Assembly: GCA_963838925.1 (NCBI GenBank)
Contig: CAWISW010000003.1
Location: forward strand, 704,001 to 768,000
Reading direction: 5' to 3'
Source: an uncultured Nitrososphaerota archaeon
GTDB taxonomy: Archaea; Thermoproteota; Nitrososphaeria; Nitrososphaerales; Gagatemarchaeaceae
DNA: 64,000 nucleotides
Positions within the stretch are counted from its first letter, which is position 1. Each line of letters starts with the position of its first letter. Both the position numbers and the translations under genes were made by a program. Of the stretch, positions 48,681 to 58,916 are shown piece by piece. Below the pieces are notes generated by a model. The model searched no databases, was not told the DNA's origin, and was given only the letters and a program-made list of their open reading frames with translations.

Positions 48681-49379
48681 TCAGTTTGCCGCTTTGAGGG
48701 CCTCGTAACTTCCGTCGGGCCTGATCTTGTACACGGTGACTGGCCTGATCACGAATATGCCCACCTCGAGGACTCCTGGGATGGACTTGAGCTCGACCTC
48801 CAGCCTCGCGGGGTTCTCGATGGGCGCGAAGAGCGCGTCAAAGAGCATGTTCCCGTTCTCGGAGTATGCGGGGTAGCCCCTCGCGTCCAGACGGATCTTG
48901 ACGTCCTTGCTCCCCCTCTTCTTCAGCATCGCCATGGCCGGTTCCCTCGCGAACTGGCTCACCTCTATCGGTACGCGGTAGTCGCCCATCCCGAGCTTCT
49001 CGACGAACTTCTTCTCATCCGCGACTATCGCAGAGTCTTTGGCGCTCCCGAGAAGGACCTTCTCCTTGAGGAGCGCGCCTCCTCCCCCTTTGATGAGGTT
49101 GAGCCTGCTGTCGACCTGGTCGGCCCCGTCGACGACCTTGGCGATCTCGGGGCTCGTGAGGGGCCCCACCCTGACCTTCAGCTCCTGCGCGACCGCCTGG
49201 ATCTGCAGCGACGTCGGCACCCAGGTAGCCTCGACCCCCTTTTCACGCATGGCCCTCACCATGGCAGGCAGGAGCCGCGCTACCGTCGACCCGCTCCCGA
49301 GCCCGACGATGTCGCCGTCCTTGATGCCTGACGCTAGCTCCTTGCCTAGCCTCTCCGAATTGGAAGTCGCCGCGCTCAA
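48681..49379 (-). CDS. rpiA: Ribose-5-phosphate isomerase A
   Basis: GLGSGST, DGADQ, IKGGGGALLKEK. Confidence 0.95.
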   Translation of the reverse strand: MSAATSNSERLGKELASGIKDGDIVGLGSGSTVARLLPAMVRAMREKGVEATWVPTSLQIQAVAQELKVRVGPLTSPEIAKVVDGADQVDSRLNLIKGGGGALLKEKVLLGSAKDSAIVADEKKFVEKLGMGDYRVPIEVSQFAREPAMAMLKKRGSKDVKIRLDARGYPAYSENGNMLFDALFAPIENPARLEVELKSIPGVLEVGIFVIRPVTVYKIRPDGSYEALKAAN

Positions 49380-50107
49380 GTGCCTTCGTTCTCTTTCCTA
49401 GAGTCTATCTGCTCGAGCCTCTCGAGGGCTTCCATGACCTCGTCGCGGATCGCCTTCACCCTCCTCTCTCCCTCGGTGTCGTCGCGCTTCGGGGACTTGC
49501 GCTCGACCGCCCTTTCGAGGTCCTCTCCCTGGGTCGAGTGGGCGGAGACGGTCGCAGCGATGGTCGGCGCCGAGGACTTGGCCCTCGCGCCGCTCGCGGC
49601 CATCTGCGCCTCCAGGCTCTTCGACTCCTGCTGAGACACGGCCGGGAGCCTCTCCTTGGCCTGGTCGAGCCTGCTCTCGATGTTCTGGATCTTCTCCCTG
49701 AAGAGCGTGACCAGCTCGTCGCGGAGCCCTTCGAGCTCCCCCACCTCGACGACCAGCTCCTTGTCCCTCAGCTTCGTCTCCATGTCCCTGATCTGCGTGC
49801 TGTACCTCTTCGCGATCATCTCCCTCTCCTCGCGCGTTATCTTGCCCTCGTTCTCGGCCTCGTAGATCTTGGTCAGCGCGGCGGAGAGAAGGTCCCTCTC
49901 CAGGATGAGCGTGCGCATCTCCCTCTTCGACCTCTCGAGCTCGTCCGCGGTCACCGTCTTCTTGCGGAGCTGGCCCGCCTCGTCTCTCTGCACCACCTGC
50001 ACCTTCCGGTTCTTTCCCCTGGGGTTGAAGGAAACGTAGGAGATGCCGAGCCCGGCCGCCCCACCAGCCGCCACCCCGATGATGAGCGTCGTTGGGTCGA
50101 AGGACAT
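49376..50107 (-). CDS. Membrane-anchored coiled-coil protein
   Basis: N-terminal TM and long heptad-rich helices; ATG at 50107. Confidence 0.7.
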   Translation of the reverse strand: MSFDPTTLIIGVAAGGAAGLGISYVSFNPRGKNRKVQVVQRDEAGQLRKKTVTADELERSKREMRTLILERDLLSAALTKIYEAENEGKITREEREMIAKRYSTQIRDMETKLRDKELVVEVGELEGLRDELVTLFREKIQNIESRLDQAKERLPAVSQQESKSLEAQMAASGARAKSSAPTIAATVSAHSTQGEDLERAVERKSPKRDDTEGERRVKAIRDEVMEALERLEQIDSRKENEGT

Positions 50108-50227
50108 CTGCGCTGGGATTGGGGGCGGTGGGGATATTAACGTTCGCCGAGTTTCGGGCCGCCCCGCCCTCCCCCTCCAAGGTCCGCACGGCAAAAAGCC
50201 TAAAAGGAACTCAGCGCTCGATTTTTC

Positions 50228-50307
50228 CGACGATGAGGTAAACGCCGTCCCAGTCAGAGGCCCAGATAGCTCCGGGCCAGATGATGAACTCGCGACGATA
50301 CTGAGTC
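50228..50307 (+). ncRNA. Box C/D sRNA (2'-O-methylation guide)
   Basis: C ACGATGA 50230, D' CAGA 50255, hairpin GGCCC/GGGCC, C' ATGATGA 50281, D CTGA 50301; guides complementary to conserved 23S motifs. Confidence 0.8.
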
Positions 50308-50366
50308 ATCCACTCAACCACCACCGCGGAACCTTTTCAAGAGAGATTCGCTCGGCAGGGAGACAA

Positions 50367-50555
50367 ATGCTTGTCACGAAGGGGGTCAAGGTCCACGCTG
50401 ACACTCACAGGGTCCTGAAGGCGATAAAGGAGAAGAACCGCAGCAAGAGCATGGACGACGTCATCCGGTCCCTGATCAAGGGCGCGACCGGGAAGAGCGT
50501 CGAGCAGCACTCTGCGGTGAAGAACAACACGCGGCTCTCCTCCTTCGCCGATTAG
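50367..50555 (+). CDS. Small RHH/antitoxin-like DNA-binding protein
   Basis: KGVKVHADTHRVL...SMDDVIRSLI pattern. Confidence 0.65.
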   Translation: MLVTKGVKVHADTHRVLKAIKEKNRSKSMDDVIRSLIKGATGKSVEQHSAVKNNTRLSSFAD

Positions 50556-50604
50556 CGTCCTCGAGGCGGAAGACAGAAATAAACTGGCCTGCGAGGCAAG
50601 CCAG

Positions 50605-50751
50605 ATGGCGAAGTTCAGCGGCATAGTCGAGAAGAGGCTACTCACGGTCACCGAGAAGGAGAACGAGCTCACGCTCGTCTTTGAGGATAACCGGTTCCTG
50701 TTCGTCTCACTGAAGGACGGAAAGCTCCACTCTGAGAGCGTCCCAGAGTGA
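50605..50751 (+). CDS. Small hypothetical protein (48 aa)
   Basis: MAKFSGIVEKRLL...ESVPE*; own TATA-like box; host-like codon usage. Confidence 0.6.
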   Translation: MAKFSGIVEKRLLTVTEKENELTLVFEDNRFLFVSLKDGKLHSESVPE

Positions 50752-50766
50752 ATCGAAGTCCTTGGC

Positions 50767-51366
50767 CTAGACTGATATTGCTTCCTCGCGGAAGCCCGAC
50801 CTGTCGAGCGTCAGCAGGTCTATCCCGTTGCCGCTCATCGCGTCCCTCTCGATTGCGGCCTTTATCGAAGACACGGTGAGGTCCCGAGCGTCCTTCTCGG
50901 ACAGCCCCGCCTTGAACCCTGCCTCGATGACTCCAGTCGCCATCTCTGCTCCGGTGCCGACCGAGGCGTACTCGTCGGTGATTAGGCTGCCGAGGGGGTC
51001 TAGCACCCAGACCTTCGGCTTGACGTCGACCCCGCCCAGTATCACCTGGGTGAGCAGCGGCGAGAACCTCCTCTCGAACATTATGACAGACGTGAGCTTC
51101 GCGACCGCGGAGGCCTTCAGGGTCCTCTTCGCCTCGAGCTCTTTCAGCTTCGCGTAGACGCCGACCTCCTTCACAAGATTCTGCATGTCCGCGATCATCC
51201 CTGCGCACACGGCTCCGCAGCTGTCGGTCATCCTGAAGACCTTCTTCCCGTGCTTGCTGATGACCATGTTTCCAAGCGTGATCCTTCTCTCCGCCCCGAG
51301 CACGACCCCGTCCTTGTAGGCGATGCCGACGGCCGTGGCTCCGGGGATATACGCGTCAAACGACAT
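50767..51366 (-). CDS. psmB: Proteasome beta subunit (probably non-catalytic, GAT instead of GTT)
   Basis: PGATAVGI...AERR, GTGA, ERDAMSG. Confidence 0.9.
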   Translation of the reverse strand: MSFDAYIPGATAVGIAYKDGVVLGAERRITLGNMVISKHGKKVFRMTDSCGAVCAGMIADMQNLVKEVGVYAKLKELEAKRTLKASAVAKLTSVIMFERRFSPLLTQVILGGVDVKPKVWVLDPLGSLITDEYASVGTGAEMATGVIEAGFKAGLSEKDARDLTVSSIKAAIERDAMSGNGIDLLTLDRSGFREEAISV

Positions 51367-51412
51367 TTTGCTGATTACGACCTAACAGTCGCCGTTGGCG
51401 CGGTGTTATTAG

Positions 51413-52460
51413 CTATTTTGTTCGCGACGGGGAGATCGAGAGCAGGGAGGCCTCCCCGACCTCAGAAGAACCCGAACTCCGCGGACGTGAACTGCCTGGC
51501 CACGTGAAGGCTTGTCCTCAGGTGCTCCGTCACGTATGGGATCAGCAGCGAGGACGGGGACTCGGAGAGGCAGAGCACAGGCGCGAGCATGTCGGCCAGG
51601 TGGACGTCGGCCCTCGCTCCGGAAGCGTAGGCTGAAAGGAAGCTCTCGGCGGCCTCCCTCCCGACCTTCTCGGCGGGCTTCTCGCGGGCCCCTATGGAGT
51701 CGCCCCCTATGTAGCAGCCGCCCCCGACCATCGAGACGAGTATCGAGCTCCCAGGAGACACCGAGTCCTCCAACGACACGTGCCTGTCCAGCACCTCGAC
51801 GCCTCTTGGCCTGAGCGCCGTGACGGCCGCCCTGGCCTGCCTCTCAGCGACCGAGACCGGGAGCTTGCTGCATCTGCTCACCAGCGAGACGACGCCCTGG
51901 CCTTCCCCTCCCTCCCTCTTCGAACCGAGCTGGAGAGGCTCGACCGACTCGCACGCCTCGATGTGTATCGCCGCCCTCCCGCCGCCGTTCGGGTAGTAGC
52001 CTCGCCTCTCGACCTTTATCGAGAACCCTATCCCAGCCGCCCCCATCGCTGGCGCGACGACGCGGTCGAGGTAGTCGGAGGTCGGGCTCCAGGGGACGTC
52101 GGTCCCCCCGATCAGGTCGAGGTCGTATGAGTTCCCCATCAGCGAGACCGCCGGCACGACCGCCTGGAGTACGAGCGGGATGCTCGCCGCCGTCCCCAGG
52201 TCGAACGAGCCCCGCGCGGTCCCGACCTCTCCGGGAGAGAAGGTCAGCTCCGTCGAGCCCACCGCCGCGCCCTGCACCTTCGCGGAGCATATCTCGCCGA
52301 GTATCTTGATCGTCGCGGAGTGCTGCGGACGGAGCCCCGGGATCCTCCTCCCCGCCCTTATCTTGGTGACGTGGATGGGGACCCCTAGCACCATCGAGAA
52401 GCAGACCGCCGTCCTGAGTATCTGGCCCCCTCCCTCGCCGTACGAGCCGTCTACCTCCAC
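51413..52460 (-). CDS. rtcA: RNA 3'-terminal phosphate cyclase (+1 frameshift near the 3' end; main ORF stops at 51462)
   Basis: DGSYGEGGGQILR, PGLRPQH, GGTDV, RRGYYP, DVHLADML. Confidence 0.9.
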
Positions 52461-52565
52461 GGGGGTGGCTGTGTGGGGAGGCGGTCGATGCGTTTGCGTC
52501 GTGACTGTGAGACAGCGGCAAAAACCGCTTAAATACTCACCGAAATCCCGCAACCATAGAGCCAC

Positions 52566-53096
52566 TTGACCGTCGGCGTGCTTGTGGGGAGATTCCAGCC
52601 TTTCCACAACGGACACCTAGAAGCGGTGCGCCATGCCCTGCAAGAGGTGGACTTCCTGTACATCGTCATCGGCAGCTCGCAGAGGAACCACGAGCGCGAC
52701 AACCCGTTCACCGCAGGAGAGAGGATCGCGATGATCAAGGCGGCGCTCGACTCGGGCGGGGTCAAGCCAGGGAGTTGGATGGCGATCCCCATCGCGGACA
52801 CGGAGTCGCATGCGCTCTGGCCGGAGATACTGAAGACCACCGTCCCGCCTTTCAGCATAGTGTTCACCAACGACGGCTTGACCACGAGGCTCCTGAAGGA
52901 GAGCGGCGTCAAGGTCGAGGCCGTCCCATACCTCGACAGGTCGAGCTACTCGGCGACCAACGTGCGCAACCGCATCTTGGAGATGAAGGACTGGGAGAAG
53001 CTCGTCCCCGCGCCCGTCGCCGCCATGGTGAAGAGCATCGGCGGGGTCGAGAGAGTTAGAAGCATGATTCACAAAGACCTTGAAGGGGAGGAGTGA
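52566..53096 (+). CDS. nadM: Nicotinamide-nucleotide adenylyltransferase
   Basis: GRFQPFHNGH, NPFTAGER, SATNVR. Confidence 0.93.
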   Translation: MTVGVLVGRFQPFHNGHLEAVRHALQEVDFLYIVIGSSQRNHERDNPFTAGERIAMIKAALDSGGVKPGSWMAIPIADTESHALWPEILKTTVPPFSIVFTNDGLTTRLLKESGVKVEAVPYLDRSSYSATNVRNRILEMKDWEKLVPAPVAAMVKSIGGVERVRSMIHKDLEGEE

Positions 53097-53107
53097 GGGG
53101 CTAACCG

Positions 53108-54259
53108 ATGACCGCGACTCATCCGACCAAGAAGCTCCTGATGATTCCGGGGCCGACCAACGTCTCCGACAGGGTCATGAACGCGATGCTGAGGCCGATG
53201 ATAAACCACAGGTCTCCCGAGTTCACCGAGCTCGTCGAGAGCATCACTGAGAAGGGCAAGTACCTGTTCCAGACCGAGGAGCACATCGTCACGATAACCG
53301 CCTCCGGGACGGGAGGCGTCGAAGCGATAGCGTTCGCCCTCGTCCGCCCGGGAGACAACGTCGTCGTGCCGGTCTACGGGGAGTTCGGGCAGCGCCTCGC
53401 TGAGGCGTTGGAGCTCGCGGGCGGCAACGTGGTCAAGGTGTTCGCGGAGCCTGGCAACGTCCCCCGCCTCGAGGAGGTCAGGGAGGCCATCAGGAGGACC
53501 GACAACCTGAAGGCGGTCTACACCGTACACAACGAGACGAGCACGGGCTGCACGATCCCCTACGTCCAGGACCTGGCGAAGGCGGCGCACGAGAAGGGCG
53601 CCTTCATGGTCGTGGACGGGGTGTCCAGCATCGGCGGGTACTCGGTCCCTGTGGACGCCTGGGGGGTGGACATGTGCGTCACGGCGAGCCAGAAGTGCAT
53701 CGCGGCGCCGCCCGGCATGGTCATCATCTCCCTGAACGGGAAGGTGGCGGAGTTCCTGAAGAAGACTCCCCCGACCGTCAGGTACTTCGACCTCGGGAAG
53801 CACCTGGACTTTCTGGAGCACGGCTTCACGCCGTTCACTCCCGCGGTCTCGCTGTACTACGCGCTCGACGAGGCGCTGACCGTCCTCAAGGAGGAGACCC
53901 TGGAGAAGAGGGTCGCGAGGCACGAGAGGTGCGCCGCCCAGCTCTACTCGGCGGTCGAGTCCATGGGCTTGGAGTGCTTCGCCGACAAGGGGTGCCGCTC
54001 GAACACGGTCATCGCAGTGAAGACCCCCAAGGGCATCGATGACGAGCACTTCCGGACCATCCTCAGCGACGAGCAGGGGGTCGTGATAACCGGGGGCTTC
54101 GGCCCTCTGAAGGGGAAGATACTGAGGCTGGGGTCCATGGGAGACGTCACCAGCGGGGACATCCAGAGGACCGTCGACGCGATGGCCAAGACCTTCACGA
54201 AGCTCGGACACCCGGTCCAGGCGAAGCCGCTCGCCGACGCCGCAGTCCGCCGAACGTAA
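53108..54259 (+). CDS. Class V PLP aminotransferase (serine-pyruvate/alanine-glyoxylate type)
   Basis: MIPGP, HNETSTG, DGVSS, SQKC. Confidence 0.92.
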   Translation: MTATHPTKKLLMIPGPTNVSDRVMNAMLRPMINHRSPEFTELVESITEKGKYLFQTEEHIVTITASGTGGVEAIAFALVRPGDNVVVPVYGEFGQRLAEALELAGGNVVKVFAEPGNVPRLEEVREAIRRTDNLKAVYTVHNETSTGCTIPYVQDLAKAAHEKGAFMVVDGVSSIGGYSVPVDAWGVDMCVTASQKCIAAPPGMVIISLNGKVAEFLKKTPPTVRYFDLGKHLDFLEHGFTPFTPAVSLYYALDEALTVLKEETLEKRVARHERCAAQLYSAVESMGLECFADKGCRSNTVIAVKTPKGIDDEHFRTILSDEQGVVITGGFGPLKGKILRLGSMGDVTSGDIQRTVDAMAKTFTKLGHPVQAKPLADAAVRRT

Positions 54260-54310
54260 GCACTAAGCATTTAAACTGACTCGGGACGACGATGGGTGTT
54301 TCATAACAAA

Positions 54311-55108
54311 ATGGCATTCGCTAAAGGGACCCTCGTCTACGTGAACTACACCGCCAAGGTGAAGGATACCTCCGAGCCGATAGAGACGACCCTGGAAGAC
54401 GAAGCCAAGAAGCTCAACATCTACGACTCCGAGAGGAGGTACGAGCCGCGACTCGTCTCCGTCGGAGAGGACTGGGTCCTGAAGGGCCTGGACGAGGAGA
54501 TCGGCAAGATGGACGTCGGCGAGAAGAAGACCGCCGAGCTCCCCCCTGACAGGGCGTGGGGCGGGCGAGACCCGACGCTCCTGAGGATGGTCCCCCTGCG
54601 CAAGTTCGGCGACAGAGCCGACGAGCTGCGGGTGGGCGACGAGGTCGAGATGGACAACCGCGTCGCGGTGGTCCGGTTCATCGGGTCGGGAAGGGCGCAG
54701 GTCGACTTCAACCATAGGCTTGCAGGAAAGACGCTCATCTACGACATCGAGGTCATCAGGAAGGTCGAGCCAGGAGAGGACACAATCCGCTCCCTGATGA
54801 AGAGGCGGTTCCCAGGAGAGGGCGAGAAGCTGGCCTTCACCCAGGACGCCGGCGATGTCTCTGTGACCATCCCGGACGAGGCCTTCCTCGTCGAGGGGCT
54901 GCAGTTCATCAAGAGGGGGATTGCGAACGACATACTCCACTTCGTCCCCGAAGTGAAGAAGGTCACGTTCACAGAGGTGTACCCGCGCAAGGAAGAGGCT
55001 GCGAAGGGCAAGGCCAAGGGCAAGGCCGACAGGGCCGAGGGCGCAGAGGAGGAGCCGGTCAAGGCGGACGCCCCCGCGAAGAAGCAAGAAGCGAAGCAGA
55101 CGGCCTAG
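54311..55108 (+). CDS. slyD: FKBP-type peptidyl-prolyl isomerase (archaeal long SlyD-like)
   Basis: VDFNHRLAGKTL, PPDRAWG. Confidence 0.9.
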   Translation: MAFAKGTLVYVNYTAKVKDTSEPIETTLEDEAKKLNIYDSERRYEPRLVSVGEDWVLKGLDEEIGKMDVGEKKTAELPPDRAWGGRDPTLLRMVPLRKFGDRADELRVGDEVEMDNRVAVVRFIGSGRAQVDFNHRLAGKTLIYDIEVIRKVEPGEDTIRSLMKRRFPGEGEKLAFTQDAGDVSVTIPDEAFLVEGLQFIKRGIANDILHFVPEVKKVTFTEVYPRKEEAAKGKAKGKADRAEGAEEEPVKADAPAKKQEAKQTA

Positions 55109-55112
55109 CCGA

Positions 55113-56171
55113 CTAGATTACGCCCGTCTTCCTCGCCAGCTGCCCCGCGGACTTGCGGTCTAGCTTCACCTTCGAGAGTATCGTGTAGCGGTCCGGCCTT
55201 ATCGTGGGCGCCTCGACGAGCGCCCGCTTGATCTCGTCGTCGGTTATCCCGAGCTCCGCCCCAGACGTCGGGGCGTTCACGTCCTTCAAAGCCTGCCTGA
55301 CCCCCTCCCAGTCGAGACCGTGGAGCGATGCCATCATGATCGTCCCTATCCCGCACTGCTCGCCGTGGAGCCCCTTCCCAGGGCAGATCGCGTCGAGCGC
55401 GTGGCTGAAGAGGTGCTCTGAGCCGCTGCAGGGTCGGCTGCTCCCCGCGATCCCCGCGGCGACGCCCGCGCTGATAAGGCCCTCCACCAGGGCTCGCGCG
55501 GACGCCTTGTCGTAGGCCCCTATGCTCTTCGAGCCGTCCAAGAATACCTGGGCGCTCAGAAGGGCGAGGCTGGCGGCGTATCCGCCGAAGTATTCGCCCG
55601 CCTCCTTGCTCGCGAGCTCCCAGTCCTTGACGGCGGTGAGCTTCGACACCAGGTCGCCGCACCCGGCCGCCTCGAGCCTCTTGGGCGCTGCGGCTATGAC
55701 GTCGATGTCAGCCAAGATCCCGACCGGAGGCTTCGCTCGCTCCGAGTAATGGGTCCCCGTCCCAGAGATCGAGGCGAACGGGCTGGCGATCCCGTCGTGG
55801 GACGCGCTCGTCGGGACCGAGAAGAACGGCGCGTTGATCTTGAAGGCCGCGAGCTTCCCCACGTCCACGCTCTTCCCGCCGCCGATCCCGACTATGCAGT
55901 ACGCCTTGGACGAGGCCTTCATGACGCGCTCGACGTTGCGCATGTCAGAGGCGACGACCTCGACCCACTCGACCGGCTCGCCTATCGACTTGGTGACCAC
56001 GCCCCTCACCTTCTCCTGGACGTTCGCCCCTGAGGCGATGACGGCGGACCTCCTGCCTCGAGGGAACTCTATGAAGTCCCCGAGCTCCCCGAGGATCCCA
56101 TCGCCTATCCGGATCCGCCGAGGAAACTCCATCGTGTGGGAGCCCAGCGGCATCGACTTCGACGCTTGCAA
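55113..56171 (-). CDS. egsA: sn-glycerol-1-phosphate dehydrogenase
   Basis: GGGKSVD, PTSASHDG, SGSEHLFSH, LHGEQ. Confidence 0.95.
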   Translation of the reverse strand: MQASKSMPLGSHTMEFPRRIRIGDGILGELGDFIEFPRGRRSAVIASGANVQEKVRGVVTKSIGEPVEWVEVVASDMRNVERVMKASSKAYCIVGIGGGKSVDVGKLAAFKINAPFFSVPTSASHDGIASPFASISGTGTHYSERAKPPVGILADIDVIAAAPKRLEAAGCGDLVSKLTAVKDWELASKEAGEYFGGYAASLALLSAQVFLDGSKSIGAYDKASARALVEGLISAGVAAGIAGSSRPCSGSEHLFSHALDAICPGKGLHGEQCGIGTIMMASLHGLDWEGVRQALKDVNAPTSGAELGITDDEIKRALVEAPTIRPDRYTILSKVKLDRKSAGQLARKTGVI

Positions 56172-56339
56172 CCCGAGGATAAAAACTTCCAGACGGCTAG
56201 CCGACGAGTGGGCCTGAGCGATTCAATTCATGCAAAGGTTAATTAAGCGACGCGGCACAACCATTTTTCGTCCTCTCCGAGGACATTCGGCATGCATATC
56301 CCACCAATCATCGATACTGATAGAGAGAGAAAATAGAGA

Positions 56340-56999
56340 ATGAACACTTCGACCCAAAAGATACCGGAACAGGCCAGGTACCACGGCACGACCACCGCGG
56401 GGCTCGTCTGCTCCGACGGGATAGTCCTCGCCACGGACACGAGGGTGACCGCCGGAGGGTTCATCGCGCACAAGAGGGGGAAGAAGCTCCTACAGGTCGA
56501 CCGCCACCTCGCGGTGACAATCTCGGGAGGAGTGGCAGACGCGCAGAACGTCGTGGACAGCCTCAAGTATTACGCTAACACATACAGGGTCGAGCACAAC
56601 CTGCCACTGCCCGTAAAGTCCGCGGCCCGGATCGTCTCAAACATCCTCTTCGGCTCGCGCTACTATCCTTACATCGCGATCGTGCTCGTCGGCGGATACG
56701 ACAGCACCGGCGGCTCCATCTACAACGTCGACCTCTTCGGGTCGGCGATACCCGACAAGGTGACCGCGACGGGGAGCGGCTCCCCGGTGGCGTACGGAGT
56801 CCTCGAGGAGGGGTACCAAGAGGGGATGAGCGTCGCGAAGGGGGTGACGCTGGCGGCGAATGCGATAATCGCGGCTACCCGGCGCAACGTCTACACGGGC
56901 GACCACTTCGACATCGCCGTCATAGACAAGGCGGGCTTCAGAGAAGTTTCAGAGCAGGAGAAGGAGAAGCTCCTCGCTCAGTTCGCGGGACGCAGTTAA
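56340..56999 (+). CDS. psmB: Proteasome beta subunit (catalytic)
   Basis: Propeptide plus G/TTT, DTR, ATGSGS. Confidence 0.93.
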   Translation: MNTSTQKIPEQARYHGTTTAGLVCSDGIVLATDTRVTAGGFIAHKRGKKLLQVDRHLAVTISGGVADAQNVVDSLKYYANTYRVEHNLPLPVKSAARIVSNILFGSRYYPYIAIVLVGGYDSTGGSIYNVDLFGSAIPDKVTATGSGSPVAYGVLEEGYQEGMSVAKGVTLAANAIIAATRRNVYTGDHFDIAVIDKAGFREVSEQEKEKLLAQFAGRS

Positions 57000-57002
57000 G
57001 TT

Positions 57003-58916
57003 TTGGCGCAGAAGGCAAACCACGTAAGCCTCATGGGGACGATTCTAAACAGTATCCCAGCGGAGGCTCAGATCACACGGATAGAGTACGAGGGCCCGCG
57101 CATCGCCCTGTACACCAAGAACCCGAAGTACCTCCACCAGAACAACTACATCATCTCCGAGATAGTCAACAGCGTCAAGAAGAGGGTCGTCACCCGCACC
57201 GAGAAGTCGATCAGGAAGCCCGAGCAGGACGCAAAGTCCCTGCTGGAGAAGGCGATCCCCGTCGAAGCCGGGGTCAACAACTACTTCTTCGACGACGCCA
57301 CCGGCGAGGTGCTGGTCGAGGCGAACAACCCCCGTGTGCTCTCCCCGGACGTGGGATACGACCTCGGGGAGCTGATGGGGCAGACGGGCTGGAAGGTCAA
57401 GGTCAGAAAGGCGCCCAACATCCCGTCCTCCGCGATACAGAGCATGTACTACGCCATGAGGACGGGCAGCGACGAGAGGGAGAAGTTCTACAGGGAGCTG
57501 GGCGAGGCCATCTTCAGGCCGAGGTTCACGACGGCGGAGCAGGTCACGATAAAGTGCTTGGGCGCCGGGCAGGAGGTCGGCAGGTCCTCATGGCTCGTCG
57601 AGACGTCTGAGAGCAAGGTGCTGCTTGACTGCGGGATATCCCCGGGTGCGAAGAACGCCTGGGACGCGTACCCCAGGCTCGACTGGGCGGACGTCCACCT
57701 CAACGACATCGACGCCGTCGTCCTCAGCCACGGCCACCTCGACCACATGGGGTTCCTCCCTGCCCTCTACAAGTTCGGCTACGAGGGGCCGGTCTACTGC
57801 ACGGAGCCCACCCTCCCGCTGATGACGCTCCTACAGAACGACTTCATCAAGATAGCCCAGATGGAAGGAGGCAGGGTCCTCTACGACCAGAAGGACATCC
57901 GCGACCTCATACAGCACACCATCACTCTCCAGTACGGGACCGTCACCGACATCTCCCCCGACATCAAGCTCGTCCTGAACAACGCCGGGCACATCCTCGG
58001 CTCCGCGACCGTCCACCTCCACATCGGGGAGGGGGTCCACAACATCGTCTACACCGGCGACTACAAGTATGGCCGGACCCAGCTCTTCGATTCGGCCAGC
58101 TGGAACTACCCGCGGGTCGAGACGCTCATCACCGAGGCCACCTACGGCAACAAGGAGGACATCATGCCTCCGCGCGAGGAGGTGGAGATGAACTTCGTCA
58201 ACGCCATCAACAGCACCCTCGCTAACGGCGGGAAGGTCCTCATCCCGATCCCCGCCGTCGGGAGGGCGCAGGAGATCATCCTCGTCCTCGACCACTACAT
58301 GAGGAACAAGGTCCTCACGGAGGCGCCGGTCTTCCTCGAAGGCATGATCTCGGAGGCCACCGCCATACACGTCTCCTACGCCGACTACCTCTCCAGGGAG
58401 CTCCGCAGCAAGATCCTCGACCAGGGCATCAACCCGTTCGTGAGCGAGTACTTCACGTCGATAGAGCACCCGTCGAACCGGGACGAGGCCCTGAGGGAGG
58501 GCCCCGCGGTCATCATGGCCACTTCGGGCATGCTCGAGGGCGGCCCGGTCCTGCAGTACTTCGAGCACATCGCGCCCTCCGAGAGGAACAAGATCCTCTT
58601 CGTCTCATACCAGGTCCAGGGGACGCTCGGCAGGCGCGTCCTCGACGGCACCCACCAGGCCAGCCTGCTCGGCGACAACGGGAAGATCAAGATAGTCGAC
58701 GTCAACGCCAGCACGGAGAAGGTGGACGGGTTCAGCGGCCACAGCGACTACAACCAGATAATCAGGTTCATCGGGAAGATGCGCCCTAAGCTCCAGCAGG
58801 TCATCGTCCAGCACGGGGACAAGAGGAAGATAGAGAACCTGGCCTACGTTATCCAGCGCATCTACAGGATTCCGGCGCTAAGGCCGGCAGTCCAAGAAGC
58901 TATCCGCGTGTTCTAG
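57003..58916 (+). CDS. fttA: Beta-CASP ribonuclease aCPSF1/FttA
   Basis: N-terminal KH domains, SHGHLDH, AGHILGS, FSGHSD. Confidence 0.95.
   Translation: MAQKANHVSLMGTILNSIPAEAQITRIEYEGPRIALYTKNPKYLHQNNYIISEIVNSVKKRVVTRTEKSIRKPEQDAKSLLEKAIPVEAGVNNYFFDDATGEVLVEANNPRVLSPDVGYDLGELMGQTGWKVKVRKAPNIPSSAIQSMYYAMRTGSDEREKFYRELGEAIFRPRFTTAEQVTIKCLGAGQEVGRSSWLVETSESKVLLDCGISPGAKNAWDAYPRLDWADVHLNDIDAVVLSHGHLDHMGFLPALYKFGYEGPVYCTEPTLPLMTLLQNDFIKIAQMEGGRVLYDQKDIRDLIQHTITLQYGTVTDISPDIKLVLNNAGHILGSATVHLHIGEGVHNIVYTGDYKYGRTQLFDSASWNYPRVETLITEATYGNKEDIMPPREEVEMNFVNAINSTLANGGKVLIPIPAVGRAQEIILVLDHYMRNKVLTEAPVFLEGMISEATAIHVSYADYLSRELRSKILDQGINPFVSEYFTSIEHPSNRDEALREGPAVIMATSGMLEGGPVLQYFEHIAPSERNKILFVSYQVQGTLGRRVLDGTHQASLLGDNGKIKIVDVNASTEKVDGFSGHSDYNQIIRFIGKMRPKLQQVIVQHGDKRKIENLAYVIQRIYRIPALRPAVQEAIRVF

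Noticed and set aside
50767-51366. Proteasome beta subunit lacking the catalytic Thr as a novelty
   Set aside because: An active/inactive beta pair is established in TACK archaea
56221-56339. AT-rich leader before psmB as a possible sRNA
   Set aside because: It has a CTGA but no convincing C box or stable structure; likely promoter and 5' UTR
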